Shown: positions 38,524 to 52,767, numbered from the stretch's first letter. The stretch is DNA of 64,000 nt from Mobula hypostoma (GCF_963921235.1 NC_086108.1:78928001-78992000), one strand, 5' to 3'. Notes: generated by a model not told the origin, from the letters alone. Numbers and translations are program-made.

Positions 38524-40629
38524 AACTGAAGGAAGAGTGAGTAAGGGATTTGAAAGCTGGAGGGGGAGGAGGAGATGCAAAATGATAGGAGAAGACAGGA
38601 GGGGGAGGGATAGAGCCGAGAGCTGGACAGGTGATAGGCAAAAGGGGATACGAGAAGATCATGGGACAGGAGGTCTGGGAAGAAAGACAAGGGGGGGGGG
38701 TGACCCAGAGGATGGGCAAGAGGTATATTCAGAGGGACAGAGGGAGAAAAAGGAGAGTGAGAGAAAGAAGGTGTGCATAAAAATGAGTAACAGATGGGGT
38801 ACGAGGGGGAGGTGGGGCCTAGCGGAAGTTAGAGAAGTCGATGTTCATGCCATCAGGTTGGAGGCTACCCAGACGGAATATAAGATGTTGTTCCTCCAAC
38901 CTGAGTGTGGCTTCATCTTTACAGTAGAGGAGGCCATGGATAGACATGTCAGAATGGGAATGGGATGTGGAATTAAAATGTGTGGCCACTGGGAGATCCT
39001 GCTTTCTCTGGTGGACAGAGCGTAGATGTTCAGCAAAGCGGTCTCCCAGTCTGTGTCGGGTCTCACCAAAATATAAAAGGCCACATCGGGAGCACCGGAC
39101 GCAGTATATCACCCCAGTCGACTCACAGGTGAAGTGATGCCTCACCTGGAAGGACTGTTTGGGGCCCTGAATGGCGGTAAGGGAGGAAGTGTAAGGGCAT
39201 GTGTAGCACTTGTTCCACTTACACGGATAAGTGCCAGGAGGGAGATCAGTGGGGAGGGATGGGGGGGACGAATGGACAAGGGAGTTATGTAGGGAGCTTC
39301 CTGCACGCATGCAGAACTCGTTGACTTTATTAACTTTGCCTCCAATTTTCACCCTGCCCTCAAGTTTACCTGGTCCATTTCCGACACCTCCCTCCCCTTT
39401 TTAGATCTTTCTGTCTCTGTCTCTGGAGACAGCTTATCCACTGATGTCTACTATAAGCCTACTGACTCTCACAGCTATCTGGACTATTCCTCTTCTCACC
39501 CTGTCTCTTGCAAAAACGCCATCCCCTTCTCGCAATTCCTCCGTCTCCGCCGCATCTGCTCTCAGGATGAGGCTTTTCATTCTAGGACGAGGGAGATGTC
39601 TTCCTTTTTTAAAGAAAGGGGCTTCCCTTCCTCCACTATCAACTCTGCTCTTAAACGCATCTCCCCCATTTCACGTACATCTGCTCTCACTCCATCCTCC
39701 CACCACCCCACTAGGAATAGGGTTCCCCTGGTCCTCACCTACCACCCCACCAGCCTCCGGGTCCAACATATTATTCTCCGTAACTTCCGCCACCTCCAAA
39801 GGGATCCCACCACTAAGCACATCTTTCCCTCCCCCCCCCTGCATTCCGCAGGGATCGCTCCCTGCACAACTTCCTTGTCCATTCGTCCCCCCCATCCCTC
39901 CCCACTGATCTCCCTCCTGGCACTTACCCGTGTAAGCGGAACAAGTGCTACACATGCCCTTACACTTCCTCCCTTACCACCATTCAGGGCCCCAAACAGT
40001 CCTTCCAGGTGAGGCATCACTTCACCTGTGAGTCGACTGGGGTGATATACTGCGTCCGGTGCTCTCGATGTGGCCTTTTATATATTGGTGAGACCCGACA
40101 CAGACTAGGAGACCGCTTTGCTGAACATCTACGCTCTGTCCGCCAGAGAAAGCAGGATCTCCCAGTGGCCACACATTTTAATTCCACATCCCATTCCCAT
40201 TCTGACATGTCTATCCACGGCCTCCTCTACTGTAAAGATGAAGCCACACTCAGGTTGGAGGAACAACATCTTATATTCCATCTGGGTAGCCTCCAACCTG
40301 ATGGCATGAACATCAACTTCTCTAACTTCCGCTAGGCCCCACCTCCCCCTCGTACCCCATCTGTTACTCATTTTTATGCACACATTCTTTCTCTCACTCT
40401 CCTTTTTCTCCCTCTTTCCCTCTGAATATACCTCTTGCCCATCCTCTGGGTCACCCCCCCCACTCATCTTTCTTCCCAGACCTCCTGTCCCATGATCCTC
40501 TCATATCCCTTTTGCCTATCACCTGTCCAGCTCTCGGCTCTATCCCTCCCCCTCCTGTCTTCTCCTATCATTTTGCAGCTCCCCCTCCCCCTCCAGATTT
40601 CAAATCCGTTACTCACTCTTCCTTCAGTT

Positions 40630-40665
40630 AGTCCTGACGAAGGGTCTCGGCCTGAAACGTCGCCT
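40630..40665 (+). ncRNA. minimal type I hammerhead ribozyme (one stem I mismatch)
   Basis: AGTC-CTGACGA-AGGGTCTCGGCCT-GAAAC-GTC-GCCT. Confidence 0.75.
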
Positions 40666-42257
40666 GCACGTCTTCCTACAGATGCTGCTTGGCCTGCTGC
40701 GTTTACCAGCAACTTTGATGTAGGTTGCTTGAATTTCCAGTATCTGCAGAATTCCTGTTGTTTTAATTTATTCATATTGCTTTGGCTTATGGTTTTCAGC
40801 AACTTTATTATTCAACATTATCAATACATTTTCATGTTGTAAATAGCATTAATTAGAATCAATTTACAATCTTTATTTAAATTAAATCTACTGAGCCTAC
40901 CTATAGAAATATAAATCCTACTTTGGCTTAAGCCAGTTATTTAACAAATTTACTATGTTTTCCTTATGAGTTTTTAAAATTTATTAAATGAGAAGAGATT
41001 ACTTTCAAGAAAGGCAAACAAAGCTTAACTACCTGTTTTTTTCAAGAAAGGTTGTCTCAAATTTATTTTCTACTCAAAAAGCATTGACAATTATTTTTGG
41101 ATTATTATATCTGCAATTTACTGATCACACCATCATACTGAGAGCTGTAGATATAATTTTTTTTTAATGAACCAAAGGGTTCCCAGAGACTTGAAACTTA
41201 TTTCAAGATGTCCTCCAGGGCGAAAAGCTTGAGAAAGGCCTTGGTGGGGACGGACGGACATGGACACACACACACACACTTATCCGCACCTTCCTTCTAC
41301 AGTATACCTCCCTTTTAATAAATCATTTCTCTTCTCATCTATCTCAGCTCCTTTTGTCTTCCCAAACCCTCCCCCCCACCCCACCAATGCATCATGTTCT
41401 GCTACCCACAGCTCTCACTGCTGCTGCTCACTTTTGCCTGGTTTGAGACCAATCCAGACTCTCAACTGTCACTGCTCATCTTCTCTAATACTGTACTCCT
41501 CAAGAATTGCATTGCCCCTCTCAAAATCCCAACTGGTTTGCCATTCAAGATCTGTAAAGCCCCTGAAAAACATCCCCAGAAAACAACAAAGCCAATATTT
41601 CCCAGCATTGGCAAATTCTCCACTTCCCTCATTCCACCATCAATCTCCCTTTTATCCACCTTTCATTCCCTCTCCACTAACCCTATTGAACTACCTCCAT
41701 TCTCCAGCTACAGGGCACTCACTCTAATCCAGGGCAAAGTCAACCACTCCCTGTCACTACTCACCCTCTTCAGGACCGTTCCTCACTTGATCTTTCTATG
41801 AGCCCAGCAGCGCCTACTGCCACCCCAGCTCAGACCCCACCTCTGAGACCTATCAAATAAGACTTAAACAAAACAGGTAAAATGTCTTCACCCGAAACAC
41901 CAACTGTCCATTTCCCTCTACAGATGTTGCCTGATGCATTGAGTTCTTCCAGCAGTATTTCTTGTAGTCTTCGTCTCACTTTAAAGAACCGTAAGCACCA
42001 GCTTGGGGCCTGATGTAAGCAGATTGTAGTTTTGACACCCAATATTAACCAAGACTTGCGATGGAGAGACTGTATTAAATCATGTCAGCTGGACTGATCC
42101 ACCAGAGGTAATTGAAAATCTAAAGCAGGAAAACACTTTCAGCTCACCATACCCATACTGCGACGTTGAAAGTTATACAATCAATTCCCTTGCTCAATCC
42201 TAAGACCCAAGCACTCTTGCATAAATATATTCAATTCTCTTGAAATTTACCATTGAT

Positions 42258-42493
42258 ACAACATTGTGCAAAAGTCTTCGGCACATATATATAGCTAGCA
42301 TGCCAAATACACTTGCATTGTGTATGTTGGTTAAATAGGAAGGGAAACAGAAATAATAGTACTTAGCTTTGTATTAGCTAAGTAGTATTAAGTGTCATTT
42401 GGAAACTGGGAAGACACAATATACAGTACTGTACAAGTCTCTGGTACCCTACCTATATACATATGTATCTAAGATTTTCACACAGTACTGTAT
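42258..42493. mobile_element. two short palindromic MITE-like relics
   Basis: atacagtactgtacaagtct...agattttcacacagtactgtat (42421-42493) and a related degenerate copy at 42258-42325. Confidence 0.5.
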
Positions 42494-43593
42494 TTTTTCA
42501 AACCCTTTGGGCAACTCACTCCAAATTGTTTAAATATTTTTTGTCAATAATTGTAAAGAACAATTCACTGAATTTGCTGCATCATTCAGTATCAAGGCAG
42601 GTTCCTTACCCAAGATGTCTTTCAACTCCATTTTTTGTGCTGTGTCTCTCCCCAACTAATCCCCTCCTACCTCAATCCAATCCAATAATGTTTAAAGCAA
42701 TTAACCATTCATTCCTAAATATTCAGACTGAGCATTCACAGCCCTCTCACACAAAAAAAAATCACTAATTACCAAACCACTTCCTAAAACCATCGGTCTG
42801 CTTGTGGAAACCCCCTTAGCATCTTTCATGCCAAACCCTCCCCGAAAATTGTTTCAATGAGATCATTGTTCATTCTTCTAAAGTACAGTAGGTGCAAATC
42901 AATCTTAGTCGTACATTGACTGATTGCATGTAGGTAAGGTGATGCTAGGTGATGTGTATGTAGTCGTGGTGGGAAGTGTAGTGGGGTTGTTGATTGGCCT
43001 GATGGCTTTGGGGAAGTAATTTTTGACTCCAGTGGTCCTGGTGTGGATGCTGGGTAGTTTACAATGCTACACAAGTTGACATAACTGCCTCCCACAATTT
43101 GAGGGGTCGAGGACTGAAACAATTTGCCCGTTTTCATGAAAAATGGGGAATGCAATGTACAAGGTGTAACAAGTAATTTATTTTAACTTAGTAAAAGTTC
43201 TATTAAAAAAGTCATTATGAAAGTACAGCACACAGCTATGAAATTCCTTAACAGTTTAAGCCTTAAGTAAATAATAATTTGTGAAAAAATAAACAATAGA
43301 TTGAAAAATTTAAACAACTCACTGCATAAAACAATTGCCTTGAAGCTAATAAATACTTAATTCACTACCTGGAATAAATAAATTCCCAGTTGTATTAAAT
43401 GAATTACTTTCTAAATGCAAAAAAATCATATTTCTCACTGAATCCAATTTAGTTCATTAAATAATTAATCACTCTTGACTCTTCCTGACGTTGCCTCCAG
43501 AAACAGGATTATATTAATAGATATTCTTCTCAATTGCCAGGTCATGTTTAGGTTAATACCTATGACAACACCTCCATGTCATATTCAGATGTA

Positions 43594-45088
43594 CAGTGCC
43601 TATAAGAAGTATTCACCTCCCTTTGGAAGTTTTAATGGTTTATTGTTTTACAACATTGAATCACAGTGTATTTAATTTGTTTTTTTTTAAAACACTGATC
43701 AACGGAAAAAGTGCCAAAGTGAAAACAGATCTCTATGAACTAATCTAAATTAATTACAAATACAAAACAATAATTGATTGCATAAGTATTCATCCCCTTT
43801 AAAATGACACCAAATCATCTCAGGTGCAGCCAATTGGTTTTAGAAGTCACAAAATTAATTAAATGGAGATCACTGTGTCCAATCAAGATGTTTCAATTGA
43901 TTGTAGTAAAAATACACATGTATCTGAAAGGTCCTACTGCTGGTGCCCTAGGAAAAAAAAATGACACCATGAAGACAAAAGAACACTCCAAGCAACTCTG
44001 CAAAAAAGTTTTTGGAAAGCACAAGCCAGGAGATGGATACAAGAAAATTTCCAAGTCACTGAATATCCCTAGGAGTACAGTTAAGTTGATCATAAAGTAG
44101 AAAGAATATGGCACATCTGTAAAACTGCCTAGAGCAGGCTGTCCTCAAAAAACTGAGTGACCATGCACGAAGGGGACTAGTGAGGAAGGCCACCAAGAGA
44201 CCTGTGACAAATCTGGAGGAGGTGCACACTTTCTGTGGCTGAGATGGAAAAGTAGCAAAGAGAAAGCCATTGTTGAAAATAACTCATGATATCTCAGCTA
44301 GAGTTTGCCAGAAGGCATGAGGTAGACTCTGAAGTCAGCCAGAAGGTTCTATGGTCTGATGAACCCAAAATGGACTGCTTAGTCTGAAGGCCAAAAAGCT
44401 AAGTTTGACACAAGCCAAACACCACGGATCATCAAAAACACACCATCCTTACTGTGAAGCATTGTGGTGGCTGCCTTATGCTTTGGTGATGCTTCACTGC
44501 AGCAGGCCCTGGAAGGCTTGTGAAAGTAGAGGGTGAAATGAAAGCAACAAAATACAGGGAAATCCTGGAGGAAAAACTGATGCTGTCTGCAAGAGAACTG
44601 CAAATTTGGAGAAGATTTGTTTTCTAGTAAGAATGGCTTAAAAACAACAAAGTTACTGTCCTGGAATGGCCAAGTCAGAGTCTAGACCTCAATCCAGTTG
44701 AGAATTTGAGGCTGGACTTGAAAAGGACTGTTCCCTCATGATCCCCATGCAATCTGACAGAGCTAGAGCAGTTTTGTAAAGAATGGGGAAAAATTGTAGT
44801 GTCCAGATGTGCAAAGCTGATGGAGACCCATCCACAGACTAATGGCTGTAATTGCTGCCAAAGGTGCATTTACTAAACACTGACTTGAAGGGGGTGAATA
44901 CACATACAATCAATTGTTTATATTTATATTTACTTAGGTCACTTCGTAGAGATCTGTTTTCACTTTGACACAGAAGAGTCTGTTTATCGGTGTCAAAAAA
45001 GCCAAATTTCATCCACTGTGATTCAATGTTGTAGAACAATAAAGCATGAAAACTTACAGGGGTGGGGGTGAACTTCTTATGGGCACTG
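43594..45088 (+). mobile_element. Tc1/mariner transposon with both long TIRs and a decayed transposase
   Basis: TA|CAGTGCC...GGCACTG|TA, inverted repeats of about 200 bp, and a transposase from ATG 43969 (MKTKEHSKQL..GDGYKKISKSLNIPRSTV) with stops and frameshifts. Confidence 0.93.
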
Positions 45089-45864
45089 TATCTGAGCAAA
45101 TAGGTTTCTAAAATGCTATTGGTATTAAAAATCTCCAAGGTAGTTTTGACATCTATTTGCATATGGAACAGAGGGAACTGGGAGTACAAATGCAGAGTTT
45201 TCTGAGAGCAGTCACACAAGTGGACAGGGTGGTTAAGAAGGCATTTAATATTCTGGCATTCAGTCAGGGCTTCAAGTTTTCAGAGAGGGATATCATGTTG
45301 CAGTTATGCCTGTCATTGGTGAGGCCACACATCTAGTATTGTGTAGAGTTTTGGTCACCCTGTTATAGATGTCATCAAGCTGAGAGGTTGCAGAAGGGAT
45401 TTATAAAGAGAGATTAGCCTCTGTATCATTATTCCCTAGAGTGTAGGAAACATCAGATGTTTATAACATCTTGAGTGGTATGGAAAATGAGGACAGTCAT
45501 AGTCTTTTCCCCAAGGTTGAAGAGTTCAAAACCAGACAGCACAGATACAGTAAGAGGGGGGAGATTGAAAAGGAACCTAAAAAGGTACATAGAAGATTGT
45601 ACCTGGAATGAGCTACCAGAGAAAGTGGTTGGGGTAGGTACAATTGCAAGAATGCCTGAAAACTTCTGATGTTACCCCTCATTCTCTTATACACCAAGGA
45701 ATAATGATCCACTGCAGCTAATCTCTTTACAATTCTGGTTTTCTAATCCAGGCAAGATCCTGGATTTAAGAGACAGTTGGATATGTTAATGGAGGGGAAG
45801 GGCCAATGTATTTAACATGGACCAAGTTGGGCCAAAGGCACTATTTCCATGCTCTACTCTATAC

Positions 45865-45942
45865 CAGGGTTCCCAAACCAGAGTCCACAGACCCCTTGCT
45901 TAATGGTCCACAGCATTTAAAAAAAAAGGATGGGAACCTCTG
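45865..45942. mobile_element. 78-bp hAT-type MITE
   Basis: CAGGGTTCCCAA...TGGGAACCTCTG termini and an 8-bp TSD CTCTATAC/CTCTATAT. Confidence 0.7.
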
Positions 45943-46289
45943 CTCTATATTAATCACATATACACAGGCATGCCTGAAGCAATTATTTCAGTGCCATTCA
46001 AATCTACACCTGGAAGTAACTTTGGAATAAAATGTTATAATTTTTTCTATCATAAATCTAACAAGATTTGTATTTATATTGTGCCTCTCATCACTTCAGG
46101 TGTTTAATTGCCAGTTGAGTATTTCAGATAAATGAGAAATGGGGCAACCAAATTTCCTGAACTCATAAATTGTCACAACTTGGCTTGAAAGACAGCACCG
46201 CTAACATATCATAGATATGCAAAATTGCTATCACCTTTCTGATAGTATGCTATGCTGCAAAGTAACATCTCCTTAAATGTCAGTGATAT

Positions 46290-48280
46290 ACAAATTACCA
46301 CTAAACGATGCACAATTCAGGGGATTCAAGGAGAACTGGGTGTGCAATTGGTTTGATAGTAGAATTGCAGAGGGTGATGGTGGAAGGTTGCTCCTTGAAC
46401 TGGAGGCTTGTGACTACTGATGTGCCTTAGGTGCAGGTGCTGTCTCATTGTTATTCAATGATTTGGATATGAATGTAGAAGACAATGTTTAGTAAATTTG
46501 AAAGGTGACAATGAAGGTTATCAAAATTTATAGGTGGTCTTGATCAACTAAGTAGGCAGAGGAAGGGCAAATGGAGTTTAATTCCTCTCCAATAAGTGTA
46601 CCATTTTGGAAAGTCAAATCCAGGTAGGACTTTTAGAGTGATAGCAGGTGCTTGGGGAGTGTTGTAGAACCAAAGGGTCATTGCAGTACAGGTACATTGT
46701 TCACAAACTAGTTACAAGTAGTTAGGGTGGGGAAAGTAGGTTTTGGCACACTGACATTCATAATTCAGAACAATAAACACAACAATTGGGAGGTCATATG
46801 CAAGTCATAGTTCAGGATTCTTGTTAAGCCAGAACTAGAGTATTCCATTTTAGTCACTCTACAGAAAAGATGTTATGCAACTGGTTAAGAGTTTAGTAAG
46901 GATTTAAAAGGAAGTTGCTAGGACTTGAGTAAATGAGTTATAGGGAGAGACTAGACAAGACAGGCTGATTAACAAGCCGAAATCCTATGGCATTACAGGA
47001 AAGATAGTGGAATGGATAGAGGAATGGCTGAGAGGCAGGAGGCAGCAAGTGGGCATAAAGGGGGGCATTTCTGGTTAGCTGCCAGTGACTAGTGGTGTTC
47101 CCCAGGACCAATACTTTTCACATTGTTTGTAATGATTTGGATAATGGAATTGATGGCTTTGTGGCAAAGTTTGCAGATGATACAAAGATAGGTAAAGGTT
47201 CAAACTTCAGAGATGCAGAGGGACTTAGATCTCGTGCAAGACTTGCAGGAGGTTAATTTACAGGTCGAGTCTGTGGTAAAGGCGGCAAATGCAATGTTGG
47301 CATTTATTTCAAGGGACTGGAATATAAAAGCAAGGAGACAATGCTGCGGCTTTATAAGACACTAGTCAGGCCACGCTAAGAGTATTGTCAATAGCTTTGG
47401 GCCCCATATTTCAGAAAGGGTGTGTTGTCATTGGAGAGAGTCCAGAGGATGATTCCGGAAATGAAGGACATTCATGAGGAGCATTTGGCAGCACTGGGCC
47501 TGTACTCACTAGGATTTAGAATGCAGGGCTGGGATCTCATTGAAACTTACTGAATGTTGAAAGAACTACATAGGGTGGATGTGGAGAGGATGGTTCTCCT
47601 AGGGTGCGTTTTTCCGGAACTAGAGGGCACAGCCTCAAAATTGAGGGGCAACGTTTTAGAAGAGGTAAGGAGGAATTTTTTTTTAAGCCAGAGTGGTGAA
47701 TTTGTGGAATGCTCTGCCACGGACTGCAGTGGAGGCCAAGTCCATAGGTATATTCAAGTCAGAAGCTGATCATTCCAATTGGTCAGCACATCAAAGGATA
47801 TGGCAAGCAGGCAGGTGTATGGGGTTGAGTGGGAGGTGGGAGGTGGGAGCTGGTATCTGGCCTAATTTCTGCTCCTTTGTCTTATGGACTTCATTCCCTG
47901 AAGTGTAGGGGACAAAAGTCTCTCAAGAAGATGTATAAAATCATGAGGGGGACAGATAGAGTGAATGCACTCAGTCTTGATCCCAGAGTTGTGGAATCAG
48001 ATTTAAAGAGGAACTTGAAGGGACTGTTTTTTTTAATTTTTTGGTTACTTAGAGGGTGGTATTTGTATGGAATGACCTTCCAGAGGAAGTGCTGTACAGT
48101 TGTGCTGCACTGTTCTGTTTGTAGCACATACAGTAACATCTGAAAGACAGTTGGACAGGTGCATGGATGGGAAGGGTATAGGTTATTGGCCAAACACTGA
48201 CAAATAGGACCAGCTTGGATAGGGTATGTTGGTTGGCATGGAACAGTTAGACTGAAGGGCCTATTTCTGTACTCCATTTT
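46290..48280 (+). mobile_element. cluster of degraded, nested CR1 fragments
   Basis: Decayed RT motifs (gtgttccccagg, aagtttgcagatgatacaaag) and CR1 3' UTRs. Confidence 0.7.
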
Positions 48281-48505
48281 CAAGACAAAAATCAACATGA
48301 ATTAGACAGCATTGGTTGAGTTAATATTCAAGGTGGTGACCATTTTGTACAAGTTAGACAAAGTTATTGGATTAATGTGGATCCCTACGGAAAAGTATAT
48401 TTCCATTCATTAGAATGCATAATACCCATCTAAGGACATCACATACTTGGTGCCACAATAAAATGCAAATCCACTGCTATCGAAATGTAGTTTTGGAGTA
48501 ACAAA

Positions 48506-48712
48506 TCAAACACGAGCAAGTCTGCAGATGCTGGAAACCCAAAGCAACACACACAACACTCAGCAGGTCGGGCAGTATCTGTGGGAGTGAACAAACAGTT
48601 GACAGTTTGGGCTGAGATCCTTCCTGAAGAATCTTTGGCCTGGCAACTGTTCATTAATTTCTATGGATGCTGCCTGACCTGCAGAGTTCCTGTAGCATTT
48701 TGTTTGTTACAA
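48506..48712. mobile_element. degenerate Penelope-terminus fold-back
   Basis: An inverted terminus followed by a forward terminus; imperfect 12-bp direct repeat TGGAGTAACAAA/TGGAGGCACAAA. Confidence 0.6.
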
Positions 48713-51700
48713 TGGAGGCACAAAGCTATTCTATATCCAGGTGGTCTTGTATAGCCACACAGTGGAGACGTACAGTGGAAAATGGTAAAGGTTGGTGAAT
48801 AGTGTGGTCAGCACAATATGGAGGGAGTAGTTGTGGAAATTAGTGTTACTTCCCAAATGAATTTTAGTTTAAAAATACAAGAAACATAATTCCCAGCTGT
48901 TTCTCTTGACTTTTCTTTGCAATCTCTGTATCACACTGTACATTTTGGAGTACCAGAACAATAAATGCACATGGAAACTGACAGACTGAATAGAAGTCAA
49001 ATACATATTTGCAAAACAGTAAAAGAATCCAGACTATTTTAGAACGATCATTATAATGGAACAACACTTTTGCATGAAAAAGGGCCACAACCTGTTGAAT
49101 CAAGACCAAAATCAAATAATTATTTGACGTGATACAGAGCTGCCCAAATGTCATAAATATTTGAAGTGAATAATAAAGTACTTTCTGGGAGCTTCCAGGA
49201 TGATATCTAACACCATCACATCTTTTGGTCAGTGGCTCAAAAAAAAAATGAGAGATAGGCCTTTAACTCCAGACACACATATTTAATTAAAACCCTTAAT
49301 ATTCTCTGAAATGGACAAAGGGGCTACTGAGGACTTCAGGGGAGCAACCAACAGCCACATTCTGTAAATAAATTAACAAAGATGGCAACTCAGTCTCCAT
49401 CTGTTATAAACATTGGATAAATCCCACACTGTTGCCTTTCAAAAGCAGAAACTCTGCTGTTATTGTACATACAGCTTTACATCTGAACTGTCACATTTTC
49501 TCAGTTATAATGCATGTAATTTGTGAAATTTGTTTGTTGCTTGTGCTCCACAGAAAATAAATAAAAATTGCAATTCCTCCCAAAATCCTGCAGATGGCAA
49601 CAATGCTTGGCATGACTAAGATTTCCAGAGCATTAAGATCAGTTTTCTCTGCTCACTGTCCACTCCATAGTCTCTGGAAAAAATAAACACTCAGAATCTA
49701 AACTAGCTCCCCAACTATTTAGATAACTGTCACAAAACCCCACATGGGTTACTAAGATCCTTTACAGAAGTAAATCTATGTTTGCCCAGTCTAGCCTACA
49801 TGCAATTCCAGACTCAGCAAATGTGACGAATCCTTAACTGCCCTCTGAACAAGCTCAAGGTACAAAGTTCAGTGAGGAAAATGGAAACAGCCAATAATAA
49901 TTTTTCAAGTCACAACTACTCTCTGTGAATGAATGATCTCTATTATTTAATACAAACCTTGTATTCATGTATTGTCTATGCCCCTCAAAGTGTAGAGACC
50001 AAGTCCTTTTATCCCCCTTTGATTCTATTGAATTGAAAAATGATCCAATAATGTAGCTGTATAATGACAAGGTTCTATGGTTGATAATTTGAACTGAGCT
50101 GTGAAAACAATTGTTACATATATACTGCATTTTATATTGGTCTCCTTGTTTTTCGGCATTTTCTTTCTTGTGGCCAATTGGCGGGTGGTTGATCTACAAA
50201 TTCTGTGTATGTGTGGGGGGGGGATGGGGGTTCTTTGATGCTACTGTCACTGTTATTTCTAGGGAGAGGGGGTTGGTCACTTTTCTGTGGGGGGGGTCAG
50301 GGATTGTTATTGTTGTGGAAGATTCTGGGGTCTGAGTTTTGTTTTACTTTTCCATGTGTATTTCATGGCTATCTGGTTAAGACAAATATCAGTTGTATTG
50401 TACATGCATACTTTGACAATAAAATGAACCTTGACATAAAGTGTAGATGTCCAATACTGGACAGAAGCAGAAATGGTGGAAGCACTCAAACAGGAGATAA
50501 CTGAACAATGTGATGGGGAAAAAAAATTCAAATACTGTATCTCCTCTGGTTGAATGAATTCAGTAAGCACCCAGCAGCTATATTCAAATTTTCTGTAAAA
50601 TCATTCATTTGTCTTGTATCAATTTTTACCAGACACGAGGAAAAGCAACTGGAGTACCATTTTCAAAGTCCATCTTGAATCAGTAAAAAAAAAATCAGAA
50701 CATTACAGCAATTAACCAGCCTTGACAAAACAAAATATGGCAGTTTTTTTCCAATATAATTTTAATTTATCTATGCCTTTATCAAGTTGAATTTTGTAAT
50801 GGAGTCCACAGAGAACATATTCTCAAAAGGCTTTTCACAAAGATAACCACTCATACATTCAACAGGATCACAAAGTGTCTGAAGTAGCTGTCAATTGCAA
50901 AGAAGCCAGATATCATTTTAGAGCAACTTTTACACAAATACAGCAAAATAAAAACAGAAAATACAATCTCAAATAAGCACTTAACTATCTGTAAGAAGCT
51001 ATTAAAGGATCCATGAGAAAGTCACCATATTGACACCCAAGATCATCTGTTGCACGTCTGCAGAAACAGGTCGATAAATTTCCTATTAACGATGGAGACT
51101 GTTTTCTTCAAATTTAACTGAATTTTGGTGTAGGATATCTACCAGAGAAGTTCTCAGTACTTTAATATATACCATTAAACCAGGGTGCTGTACGATAAAG
51201 AGTATTGTTCATCCATAAGTATTGGATTTAACTAACATATTATTCCAATTTCACATGGTGGCAAGTATGCCCTTGCAGAGTTCCATCACAAGATGAAATA
51301 CTGTTGAACTGATCTTAGAATACAAATTGAAAAGTAAATATTTGCTTTAAAAAATTGTTTCCAATAATATCCACAAAAAAAATCTAGTGCACTGCTCAAC
51401 TGTAATTTGAAAGCTATCTGCCTAATCATTTTATCAAGTTTATGATGCAAAATGAGTATTCCAGTAATAGTTATTCCCTGGAAGAATTGACTTTGTTGAT
51501 TTGCCACTTCAACTTTTGTAAATCAGACTGATGGCTTGCTTGGTTTTGGATAGAAAACTGGATTTAGCCACAAGACCAGGCTTGAGATGATGTAAAAGTC
51601 AATTTCCCCACTCCCCTAGAAAGTTCTCTTTGAATTATTATTTTGTATTATCTAGTTTAGAACAGCAGCTCTGGATTTCAGATACCCCAAAAATTCATTT

Positions 51701-52631
51701 AAACACAAAAACTCAATGTACTGTGATTCAGTACAACTCTGTCATCAAATATTCTTGAGTCAAAGTAGGAAAGACTTCAAGTATTTAATTACACCAAACT
51801 AACAGTTAAAACAAAGCTAAAGAGTCCTACAGCTGACCAGCACTTTTATTTCAAGTGAATATTTCAACAAAAGACCACAAGTCAAATTGTGTGCGAAGAT
51901 TGAGATAGTTTGAACTACAATTTTACCTTACAGTCCAGCTACCTGTGCAAATATAACATTAACAATACAGATCTCAATTTGAAAACAATTTGAACAGTTA
52001 CGTGTACTTAAATGTAGCACTAATCAATAAACTTCCCTCTCCCTTTTCAAGAAGTATAAATTTCACCTAGCATGTGCACTAAACATGGGATTTCACAATA
52101 ACAGTGTTTTGATCTACTTTTTCTTTGAATTATTTGTATTAAATAATTGCAGCACCCTTTTACAAATTTTCCATTCACTTCATGATTTGTGAAGATAATT
52201 CTGAAGTTTGTTCAAATGTTCTGGCCCACTGGAAATGACCCATTAACTCATTTCAATTAATACATTTCTATGAAAGATACATTTTATCAAATTATTCAGA
52301 GTCAAATTCAACCTCATATATATTGGCAAATGACAAAGGCTGTGACCCAAAACGGTATACCACTAAACACCATGTTCCACTGTTTCAATTCTTTTCCGCA
52401 AAATAAAAATTAAAACTAGAAATAAAGTTACCTCAGATATTCATAATAACGAAACATTTTCAACTTAAGAGATCAGTATATAGTTAAGCTAACAAAAAGT
52501 AACCCTGCAAGTTAAAGTAATAGGACAATTAATATAATTCCAGTTGATTTGTGTTTCAGAGTACTGCAATGGTTGTAATAGCCATTGTCTTGAAATAACT
52601 TCAATATTTAAAGTTAAGACAGCATGAAATA

Positions 52632-52767
52632 TGAATAAACTGTTCTTGGGCTTCCAGACGGGTCTAAATATTGATTATAACATGTTTCGATGACAATCGA
52701 TAACCTGTAGCCGGCTGGAAGCCAGAGAAGAATTTGTTTGCCAGGAAAGCACTACTCTGTCTTTTTT
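52632..52767. mobile_element. fold-back of a second Penelope-like family terminus
   Basis: Inverted arms ttcttgggcttccagacgg / ccggctggaagccagagaa; direct repeat CAGCATRAAATA. Confidence 0.6.

Larger units (their letters stand above)
38477..40762. mobile_element. Penelope-like element in inverted arrangement (RT C-terminus plus GIY-YIG)
   Basis: Forward RT thumb (39300-40010) and GIY-YIG ORF 40009..40335 (VIYCVRC..GLLYIGETR..DRFAEH); inverted copy 38477-39297; TSD TTAATTTATTCATA (38463-38476 / 40763-40776). Confidence 0.93.
37935..41241 (+). mobile_element. hAT (Charlie-like) transposon 3' remnant, interrupted by Penelope
   Basis: hATC dimerisation-like peptide EYPAIHRKAMNILL..STSYMYEQAFS (38022-38270) and a Charlie-type end ...aaaagcttgagaaaggcc near 41240. 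Confidence 0.7.

Noticed and set aside
38819..39352. 177-aa GIY-YIG ORF as a novel nuclease gene
   Set aside because: It is the inverted arm of the Penelope element; its N-terminus is antisense RT sequence across the inversion junction.
41260..41801. Pro/Ser-rich ORFs
   Set aside because: Pyrimidine-rich, low-complexity decayed sequence with no domain motif.
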